From a virus, in the IMG/VR virus record IMGVR_UViG_3300005827_000051, positions 1 through 32,903 of that record: 32,903 nucleotides of DNA; one strand, 5' to 3'. The stretch's first letter is position 1. The number at the start of each line of letters is the position of its first letter. The notes under the pieces were generated by a model that saw only the letters and a program-made list of their open reading frames with translations, made no database searches and was not told where the DNA came from. Positions 24,524 to 30,857 of this stretch are shown here, piece after piece. A program made the translations under genes and the position numbers.

Positions 24524-24899
24524 TACAGTCTCCATAGTTGTCACCTGCGGCCCAATCATTGTGTTCGTCAGTTAGCTGATCAATGAGTTGTTCGTAAATC
24601 CAGTCATGGTCATTTTTCGTTAACCCAAGCACCATTTCTTCATTGGCATACTGGTACTCCATTACGTCGATAGAGCCATTAGCCTTGTTGTCATCAAACC
24701 CGACGTAGATCGATACGCCTCTTTTGTCGAAAAATATCTCGCGCCATTCCAGAGGTTTTTGGCGCCATACACTGTCATCGTTAGCAGGCTTAGCCGAGAA
24801 AGACTGAATAATTGCGTCCGCTATCCGCTCGGCTCTTGCTTGCTCATCAGCTTTGGTTAGTCTCTCAAAAACCGCAGGGTGTTGAATGGCTTGGGTCAT
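24513..24899 (-). CDS. Acidic hypothetical early protein (128 aa)
   Basis: AAGGAG lies upstream of ATG 24899. By my count it has roughly twice as many Asp/Glu as Lys/Arg, concentrated in the C-terminal half. Confidence 0.6.
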   Translation of the reverse strand: MTQAIQHPAVFERLTKADEQARAERIADAIIQSFSAKPANDDSVWRQKPLEWREIFFDKRGVSIYVGFDDNKANGSIDVMEYQYANEEMVLGLTKNDHDWIYEQLIDQLTDEHNDWAAGDNYGDCNER

Positions 24900-24903
24900 T
24901 TGG

Positions 24904-25077
24904 CTACTCCTTAATCGCTGATTGATTGCGCTCTGTTGTTATGCTTTCCTCTAACGTGCGCAGGGTTTGTAACGCTTCGTTGGCTGCCCCGGATAAATCC
25001 ATGACTCCTCTATCAAGGAGCTGGAGAATATAAATAATCTCGCTTCGCGCCAATCCCATCGGTGTTAAGTCGTTCAT
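24904..25077 (-). CDS. Small ORF (57 aa), first gene of the leftward early operon
   Basis: Not in the track. Product is MNDLTPMGLARSEIIYILQLLDRGVMDLSGAANEALQTLRTLEESITTERNQSAIKE. Its stop is 4 nt before the next ATG. It lies about 25 nt downstream of a good promoter. The RBS is weak. Confidence 0.45.
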   Translation of the reverse strand: MNDLTPMGLARSEIIYILQLLDRGVMDLSGAANEALQTLRTLEESITTERNQSAIKE

Positions 25078-25106
25078 GTCGGTGGCCTTGTGGGGAGGGT
25101 TAGGTA

Positions 25107-25135
25107 AATATAAGGCATAGACTGATTTATATCAA
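25107..25135 (-). promoter_or_regulatory. PL-like sigma70 promoter for the leftward early operon
   Basis: The minus strand reads TTGATA - 17 nt - TATATT (-35 at 25135..25130, -10 at 25112..25107). An ~85% AT tract lies upstream (25125-25200). Confidence 0.5.
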
Positions 25136-25456
25136 TAAAAAATTTATTTATTTTTATATTTTTAGCTGTTTTATAGTTATATTATTGATTATATTGCCTT
25201 ATTACCCTGTCTCAAAAACGCACTCCCGCCACATCGTCTGCCATGTGGCAAAACCGCGAATACTTAAGAAAAAATGATTGAGAGAGCGAAGAACATTATT
25301 TGTTTAGAGGAATATAGCTATGGCAAATGTCGCAAACTGGCGGCACGCTGAAATTTTCGGTGAATGCGGATTGATAGGTGCGGGCTATTTACTGGCATGT
25401 ATGAAAGAGTTATGATGATATGCGCTATCTTTCATAATTAGAAAACTTTGCTATAT

Positions 25457-26638
25457 ATGGACCCTAGAACAAACCCTTATGCGCCAGGAGCGGGATCTAT
25501 CCCCCCAGAATTGGCTGGGAGAGAAGAGATTATTGAGAAAGCGGCGATTGCGCTTGATCGATTTAGAAGCGGTTTATCTGCGCGAAGCTTGCTATTAATA
25601 GGCCTTCGCGGCGTAGGTAAGACCGTGCTTCTTACGCGCATATCTCAAGAAACAGAAGCGAGAGGGTTCATTACTGTTTCTATTGAGGCACCTGAAAAAC
25701 GCTCGTTGCCGGCTCTGCTAATACCGTCCTTACGCACCTCATTATTTAAGTTAGATGCAATATCAGCCACGGGAAACTTGGCAAAAAAAGCCATGCAAGT
25801 TCTCGGGGGATTTGTCCAAGCGATGAAAGTAAAGTATGGGGACATCGAGTTTAGTGTCGATCTTGGTAGTGAGCCTGGTGTGGCTGATTCTGGTGACTTA
25901 GAGCATGATTTAATTAACTTATTTTTGGAAGTCGGGAAAGCGGCAAAAGAGAAGAATACGGCAGTGGTTTTTTTTATTGATGAGCTACAGTACGTAGCAG
26001 AAGAGCAATTTGCTTCTCTTATTACAGCGTTACATAGCTGCGCACAGCAGCAGCTTCCTGTTGCGCTTGTTGGGGCTGGTTTGCCTCAATTGGCCGGGAA
26101 AGCGGGCAATGCTAAATCCTATGCCGAGCGTTTGTTCGAATACCCAGAAATTGGTCCATTAACCAAAGAGGCGGCAAGAGGGGCTATTGTTGTTCCAGTA
26201 AGTAAATTAGGGGTGAATTATGAAGATGACGCGATTGAAGAAATTATTCGCAGAACGCATGCGTACCCTTATTTTTTGCAAGAATGGGGGAAGCATAGCT
26301 GGGACCATGCTCGCTATTCGATTATCACTAAAAGCGACGTAGAGATGGCTAGTGAAATAGCTATACATAGCTTAGATGCTAGTTTTTTCCGCGTAAGGTT
26401 TGATCGGCTAACGCCAGGAGAAAAAAAATACTTGCACGCAATGGCAAAGTTGGGACCTGGGCCACATCGTTCTGGAGATATATCCTCATTATTAAAAAAA
26501 GAAGTTCAGAGTGTTGCTCCGACTAGATCATCCTTAATAAAAAAGGGGATGATTTATAGTCCAGCTCACGGAGATAATAGCTTTACCGTTCCTTTGTTTG
26601 ACGAGTATATGAGAAGAGCGATACCAGACGAAAAATAA
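25457..26638 (+). CDS. P-loop NTPase (ORC/Cdc6-like or STAND-type 'archaeal ATPase' fold) with a C-terminal winged-helix-like domain
   Basis: Walker A GLRGVGKT (25601-25624). Walker B-like VVFFIDELQY. N-terminal lead-in NPYAPGAGSIPPELAGREE. C-terminal LTPGEKKYLHAMAKLG..SGDISSLL..SVAPTRSSLIKKGMIYSP..G..FTVPLF. Start is ATG 25457, or TTG 25448 as listed. Confidence 0.8.
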   Translation: MDPRTNPYAPGAGSIPPELAGREEIIEKAAIALDRFRSGLSARSLLLIGLRGVGKTVLLTRISQETEARGFITVSIEAPEKRSLPALLIPSLRTSLFKLDAISATGNLAKKAMQVLGGFVQAMKVKYGDIEFSVDLGSEPGVADSGDLEHDLINLFLEVGKAAKEKNTAVVFFIDELQYVAEEQFASLITALHSCAQQQLPVALVGAGLPQLAGKAGNAKSYAERLFEYPEIGPLTKEAARGAIVVPVSKLGVNYEDDAIEEIIRRTHAYPYFLQEWGKHSWDHARYSIITKSDVEMASEIAIHSLDASFFRVRFDRLTPGEKKYLHAMAKLGPGPHRSGDISSLLKKEVQSVAPTRSSLIKKGMIYSPAHGDNSFTVPLFDEYMRRAIPDEK

Positions 26639-26837
26639 CTTTAGTGCACTTGACATCCTCCCCGCCATGAAGGACTGGGTGTACGGCACACTGGATAAAT
26701 TAAGCGCGGAAAAGTGATGGAAAACGATAGAACACAATACAACACAGGCATTCTTGTTGGTATCGTATACGGCATCGCCAGTTACCATCCCACCTAACGC
26801 TTATCTATGCTATAATTTTGGCTGTCTGGCTGGCTGT

Positions 26838-27140
26838 TTATTTGCACTTGATATATATCTCTCCTTGTATAAGATTTGGATGTCCGGCAATGGGGGTCAC
26901 TGTTTTATCAGGGGGGCTAGCGCCACCCCCAAGAAATTCATAGCCTTTTGTCCCGCAAATTTCGCCAGCCTTTGCATAACAATCTGCGAACGTTAGTAGC
27001 CGCCCTTTGGGGCTGTATCCTGTACATCCAATGTGATAGCCAACAGAGCCGTCTGGCAAATTAATGGGGCGAAGGAAGACTCCACATCCGGCTAAGATGA
27101 TTGGGATTGATGCTATTGCTATTAATTTAACGCGCTTCAC
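26838..27140 (-). CDS. Small Cys-rich lipoprotein downstream of the repressor gene
   Basis: GTG start. The signal peptide MKRVKLIAIASIPIILAG|C has a lipobox. The mature ~82 aa contain 5 Cys. It lies 28 nt downstream of the repressor stop on the same strand. Confidence 0.6.
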   Translation of the reverse strand: MKRVKLIAIASIPIILAGCGVFLRPINLPDGSVGYHIGCTGYSPKGRLLTFADCYAKAGEICGTKGYEFLGGGASPPDKTVTPIAGHPNLIQGEIYIKCK

Positions 27141-27168
27141 TTATCTTTTTTCCATTAAAAGTTTTTGA

Positions 27169-27657
27169 CTAAGCAGATCTAGCGCGACCAGAGGGACCAG
27201 AGGGACCAGAGGGACCAGAGGGACCAGAGGGACCAGAGGGACCAGAGGGACCAGAGGGACCAGAGGGACCAGATTGGTTGGCAAGCATTTGCTCCAGTAG
27301 ATGTTTGTTCTCAAGTTGTTTTTTTCTAACATAAGAAAAAATTTCTTTTGCTTGATATTCTGGTAATCCTCTGATAATGGAATAAATTTCATATAATTTA
27401 TCTGTCATGCTCAGACCTTCGTCTTTTGGATCAGCGCCAAATTTATCCTCATCTATCCCCCAGTGTTCCATATTTACCACATCAGAAAAGTATCTAAAAA
27501 CATCAAACAGGTGTTTCTTGCTTATTTTCCCGTATTTCACCCAGCCGTAAACAGACTGAGGGGCGATATTAAAATGCCTAGCCAAATCAACCTGGCCAAT
27601 CCCCTTCATGGTCATGGCTTCTCTAAGGGCCATCCCAAGCTCACCTCCAGATTTCAT
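27169..27657 (-). CDS. CI-like HTH (XRE-family) repressor with a C-terminal (Gly-Pro-Ser)n tail
   Basis: AGGAG lies 7 nt upstream of ATG 27657. HTH is MKGIGQVDLARHFNIAPQSVYGWVKYG. It is divergent from a Cro-like gene. It has no S24 peptidase-like C-terminal domain and ends ...NQSGPSGPS(GPS)nGRARSA. Confidence 0.8.
   Translation of the reverse strand: MKSGGELGMALREAMTMKGIGQVDLARHFNIAPQSVYGWVKYGKISKKHLFDVFRYFSDVVNMEHWGIDEDKFGADPKDEGLSMTDKLYEIYSIIRGLPEYQAKEIFSYVRKKQLENKHLLEQMLANQSGPSGPSGPSGPSGPSGPSGPSGPSGPSGRARSA
27185..27274. repeat. Perfect 9-bp tandem repeat (ggaccagag x8, plus one 1-mismatch unit at each end)
   Basis: Counted directly: cgaccagag (27185-27193), eight exact ggaccagag units (27194-27265), ggaccagat (27266-27274). 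It encodes Ser-Gly-Pro repeats on the minus strand. Confidence 0.97.
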
Positions 27658-27718
27658 GGCCAGCTCCTTTCTTAATGTTACTATTTTTCCTGATTACATG
27701 TTTAAAATTGATGCACAC

Positions 27719-27747
27719 ATAATAACAATAATATGAATATCAGTCAA
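27719..27747 (-). promoter_or_regulatory. Near-consensus sigma70 promoter for the repressor operon
   Basis: The minus strand reads TTGACT - 17 nt - TATTAT (-35 at 27747..27742, -10 at 27724..27719), about 60 nt upstream of ATG 27657. Confidence 0.55.
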
Positions 27748-27819
27748 TGGCTGACATATCTATATAGGCTTAGTACGGAACAAACTAATATTATAAAATA
27801 TAAGCCATCGCCTGTTTTA

Positions 27820-27828
27820 TGGTATAGT
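27820..27828 (+). promoter_or_regulatory. Possible extended -10 (TGgTATAGT) of a PR-like promoter
   Basis: TG at 27820-27821 and TATAGT at 27823-27828, about 37 nt upstream of the Cro-like ATG. There is no good -35. Confidence 0.3.
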
Positions 27829-27864
27829 TTTGATTGTGAGTTTACATGCGGCTGAGGTTTTTCG

Positions 27865-28161
27865 ATGAGAGATCGTGCAATGCTTCTTATCTCAATATTT
27901 GGCAACCAAAGAAGATTGGCCATTGCTTTGGGCGTGAGTTCTCAGACTGTAAATGATTGGGTTTTAGGAAAGCGGAGAGTGCCCCCATCGAAAGCCGTTG
28001 CAATCGAACGTCTCACCAACGGCCTGGTTGTCCGAGAAGAGTTAGTCAGTAACTGGGAAGACTTTTGGCCTGAGCTGGTTGCACTCAACCGTCTAGCTCA
28101 GAAAGAACGTGAGCCTACCCATCATGTTCCACCGATCGACACATTGCCATCACGTGTCTAA
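27865..28161 (+). CDS. Cro / YdaS-like HTH regulator
   Basis: GAGG lies 7 nt upstream. IFGNQRRLAIALGVSSQTVNDWVLGKRRVPPSKAVAIERLTNGLVVREEL matches the YdaS/Cro-type pattern. It is divergent from the repressor. Confidence 0.75.
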   Translation: MRDRAMLLISIFGNQRRLAIALGVSSQTVNDWVLGKRRVPPSKAVAIERLTNGLVVREELVSNWEDFWPELVALNRLAQKEREPTHHVPPIDTLPSRV

Positions 28162-28190
28162 GAAGTGCTGGTTTAGCGACATGAGTGGTT

Positions 28191-28219
28191 TCTAGCCGCA
28201 GATTGCGGCTGCGGCTAGA
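28191..28219. terminator. GC-rich 11-bp hairpin between convergent genes (terminator-like, no U-tract)
   Basis: tctagccgcag (28191-28201) pairs with ctgcggctaga (28209-28219) around a 7-nt loop. Confidence 0.4.
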
Positions 28220-28274
28220 GATGTTTAACTACAGGAATAATTGAATAATTATCGAGTTTCTAGGGAAGATATTT

Positions 28275-28532
28275 TTATTTTTGCGGATAGTGTTTGTTTA
28301 GCAGGTCTGCTAGTGATTGGAGATTAATGGCAGTTTTTTTTGCTTCATCTGTATCTCTTATATTAAATATTTTTTCTTGAATTGCTCTGTCTGCCGAGTT
28401 GTCAGCAAGTATTTGAGCATTCAATATGCCTTCACGATGAAGGGTGAATATTAAGTCAAATATTAAGTCAAATAAGATTCTTAAAGTTGAGTCATAAGAG
28501 GATGATTTTTTCTTAAAGATATTAAAGTTCAT
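28275..28532 (-). CDS. Hypothetical protein (85 aa) on the opposite strand within the rightward early region
   Basis: AT-rich. It contains a 12-bp tandem duplication encoding FDLIFDLIF. No family recognised. Confidence 0.5.
   Translation of the reverse strand: MNFNIFKKKSSSYDSTLRILFDLIFDLIFTLHREGILNAQILADNSADRAIQEKIFNIRDTDEAKKTAINLQSLADLLNKHYPQK
28447..28474. repeat. 12-bp tandem duplication aatattaagtca x2.3
   Basis: Units at 28447-28458 and 28459-28470 are identical, and 28471-28474 begins a third. Confidence 0.9.
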
Positions 28533-28731
28533 GAGCGCACCTTTTTTGGTGTTGTTCGTTGAGGGACTAACAATTTCTCAGGAATGTGTGCGCTCGTCAA
28601 ATTTTTTGTGTTAAGTAGGAATATTATAATGAGCAATACTGGACACAAGATGAATCGCAAACAGGCTAAAGAATTATTTAAATCTGGCCGAATATCGACA
28701 TTAATGTTGCTCTGCTCTTGCGGTTTAAGCG

Positions 28732-29715
28732 ATGACTAACCAACTCACCCCGCCAGATTGTCGTTTGACCGATTTCCCGTATATGCCGGTAGATATACGA
28801 CGATTGCTCAACTCGGATACATGGCTGCTTGCAAACGACTCAGAGAGGTCGGCGGCCATGTGCTTATGGCTGGAAAGCTGGCATCAAGTGCCAGCTGCCA
28901 GCATTCCCAATAACGATAAGGTGCTAGCTGCTTTATCAAAGGCTGCCAACAAGTGGTCAAAGGTAAAAGATCAAGCATTACGCGGTTGGGTAGATGGTGG
29001 GGATGGTCGATTGTATCACCCTGTCGTGGCTGAAAAGGCACTTGAATCATTCATTGAAAAGCTACTATCCGGTCTATCAGGAACCAAGGGCAACGAGAAG
29101 AGGTGGGGAGTGAAGATAGATACTAGCGATCTTATTTCCCAACTTTCTGATGCGGTGTCTCGCCTAAAAGCGCTGTCCCCAAATTCAAAATATTTAACCA
29201 ACAGAGTACTAAAATATATTGACCATCGGAATCGCCCCCCGATCGCCACCCCACTCCAATCGGAATCCCATTCGGTCGCAATAGACAATGACAATATACT
29301 CTCTACAGAGACTACGTCTCTTCCGAGAGTGGTGCGCGCGACAGACGAGTCGCCCCCCGATTTTGACGAACCTACCCCAATCCCTGACGACTTCAAGCCA
29401 GACCGACAGGCGCAGAGCAGCGCTATGTCGATGAAACTGGACATCGAGTTTGAGCGAGAACGGTTCATGGCTCACTACCAGGCTAGGCCAAACGAAAAGC
29501 GCAATGGCATGCAAGCTTGGCAAGCACAGTTTCGAAAGTGGCTTTGCGACCAGAAACAGTACACCGCTGACCGCGAAAAGGTAACAGCGGCAAGAGTTTC
29601 AGCTGCCGATAAAAAGAAATTTAACCCGCTGGATTACCTAGAGGAGCAGCACCGTGGATACCCAGACCGCACCGATAGCGAGCCTATCGACATCACGCCT
29701 CAGTGCATGGCTTGA
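28732..29715 (+). CDS. DUF1376 (YdaU-like) phage replication protein
   Basis: The N-terminus DFPYMPVDIRRLLNSDTWLLANDSERSAAMCLWLESWHQVPAASIPNNDKVLAALS fits the DUF1376 pattern. It occupies the position of an O-like initiator, upstream of the P-like gene. Confidence 0.7.
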   Translation: MTNQLTPPDCRLTDFPYMPVDIRRLLNSDTWLLANDSERSAAMCLWLESWHQVPAASIPNNDKVLAALSKAANKWSKVKDQALRGWVDGGDGRLYHPVVAEKALESFIEKLLSGLSGTKGNEKRWGVKIDTSDLISQLSDAVSRLKALSPNSKYLTNRVLKYIDHRNRPPIATPLQSESHSVAIDNDNILSTETTSLPRVVRATDESPPDFDEPTPIPDDFKPDRQAQSSAMSMKLDIEFERERFMAHYQARPNEKRNGMQAWQAQFRKWLCDQKQYTADREKVTAARVSAADKKKFNPLDYLEEQHRGYPDRTDSEPIDITPQCMA

Positions 29716-29743
29716 CCCTCATCCATCGTTGAATGGGCTGTCG

Positions 29744-30355
29744 ATGATTGACCATCTGTTCAAGCGGTTGCAGGGCCTTTATGCTCACAAATGGATGTCA
29801 GCGTTTCCTGACGCGAAGTCGATTAAAAATTGGCGTGATGTGTGGGCTGAAGCCTTTGTTGACGAAGAGATTACGCTAGCTGAAATCAAGGCTGGGCTGA
29901 CAGCCTGCCTAACCAAGTTCTCGTGGCCGCCAAGTCTTCCTGAGTTCCTGTCGGTTTGCCGACCAGACAGCAAGCCTCAGTCCCCAGAGGTGTTGTTCCA
30001 CCGTGCCGTTCGTGAGATGGAGAAGCGACGAGCGTTCAAGGAGCAGGACTGGCCAAGCCGTGGCGTTTTCTGGGCAGCAGCGGCGCTGGGAGATGACTTG
30101 CTCAACGTTCCCTACAAAGCCCTAGCGGCTAGGTGGGAAGCCTTGCTGATGGAGTTTGACAAGGGTTCGGTAGACATTCCGATGGTCGACAAGTCCAGAG
30201 CATTACCAGCGAAGACAGCGGCTGAGAGTCGAAGCGATGCCAAGGAAAAAATTCGGGTGCTGAAGGATTTGCTGACGAGAAATCCACACCTAACCTCTAG
30301 GAAGGTGGCAAAGATACCGATTGCTGACACGATACGGCACAAAGGAGACATTTAA
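29744..30355 (+). CDS. Lambda P-like replication protein (helicase loader)
   Basis: ATG 29744 (the listed ORF starts at 29654, overlapping the upstream gene). FKRLQGLY..KW...FPD.....WRDVWAEAF.DEEITLAEIKAGL...L.KFSWPPSLPEFLSVCR aligns by eye with lambda P (FSQLLATFP...RRQWVLAF.ENGIT.EQVNAGM...PFLPSPGQFVAWCR). Confidence 0.6.
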   Translation: MIDHLFKRLQGLYAHKWMSAFPDAKSIKNWRDVWAEAFVDEEITLAEIKAGLTACLTKFSWPPSLPEFLSVCRPDSKPQSPEVLFHRAVREMEKRRAFKEQDWPSRGVFWAAAALGDDLLNVPYKALAARWEALLMEFDKGSVDIPMVDKSRALPAKTAAESRSDAKEKIRVLKDLLTRNPHLTSRKVAKIPIADTIRHKGDI

Positions 30356-30599
30356 TTGTGGAATTAATGCCTGAGTATACGTTTGGTAGTAAAAACGCAA
30401 TATCGAGCGACTGCGTGGGAGACGGGCAAATCAACGTCTCAGCTATTTGTCCTGGTGGGCGAAGAGCAAGTCATCATGCCGGGGCATATGCATTCTTACC
30501 CACGAGGAGTAGCCAACATTCATTGTGTGCGACAAACGTAGTGATACCGATAGAGTCGCGGTGGATTTGAAAAGAGATATTTTAAATAGGAAATGAAAA

Positions 30600-30857
30600 A
30601 TGAAAGTCAAAAGAAAGACCCCATCTTCTGCCGTCCAGTTTACAGGCGAAAACGCGCAGGAAATATTAAAAAAATATCACGAAGCTGCTTGTTGCTTACA
30701 GCTAAAGGATGGTGAGCTTTGTAATTATGACGGGGGGGTATACGGGATATCGGATGGAGACTGGCTAGTGTTTGAAGAGACATCCTATGAGCCGGAATAC
30801 AGGGCATCAATTTTTGATGAGGAGGATTTTGGCGCGCTATTTGAGATTGTCGAATGA
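30600..30857 (+). CDS. Hypothetical protein (85 aa)
   Basis: A purine-rich stretch (aataggaaatgaaaaa) lies upstream. ATGA overlap with the resolvase gene. It contains a G7 run at 30732-30738. Confidence 0.55.
   Translation: MKVKRKTPSSAVQFTGENAQEILKKYHEAACCLQLKDGELCNYDGGVYGISDGDWLVFEETSYEPEYRASIFDEEDFGALFEIVE

Noticed and set aside
25228-25249. 7-bp inverted repeat gccacat-N8-atgtggc upstream of the ATPase gene, considered as a terminator or operator
   Set aside because: The stem is short, with no adjacent U-tract on either strand and no second copy elsewhere in the control regions. It is noted but not interpretable from sequence alone.
26534-26996. ORFs 26534..26788 (-) and 26754..26996 (+) in and near the ATPase-lipoprotein gap
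   Set aside because: The first overlaps the ATPase 3' end in antisense, and the second is antisense to the lipoprotein gene. Neither has a start context or recognisable features. I also looked for a terminator in 26640-26837 and found only direct (ggctg) repeats, no hairpin.
27185-27274. Possibility that the tandem repeat is a CRISPR array
   Set aside because: The units are 9 bp and directly abutting, with no spacers. The array is in frame inside a coding sequence.
27141-27392. 83-aa minus-strand ORF encoding (LVP)n across the 9-bp repeat
   Set aside because: It is an alternative frame of the same repeat. It lacks an RBS and overlaps the well-supported HTH repressor frame, which has AGGAG and a consensus promoter. 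It is best treated as a by-product of the repeat.
27731-27802. ATAT-N2-ATAT / ATATT-N4-AATAT mini-palindromes between the divergent repressor and cro genes, considered as operators
   Set aside because: The region is so AT-rich that 4-5-bp AT-only arms are expected by chance. The 13-nt motif shared with the PL-like promoter is a better-supported candidate.
28808-29523. Three minus-strand ORFs antisense to the DUF1376 replication gene
   Set aside because: They overlap one another and a family-supported + strand gene. Their compositions are Ser/Arg/Gly-rich antisense artefacts.
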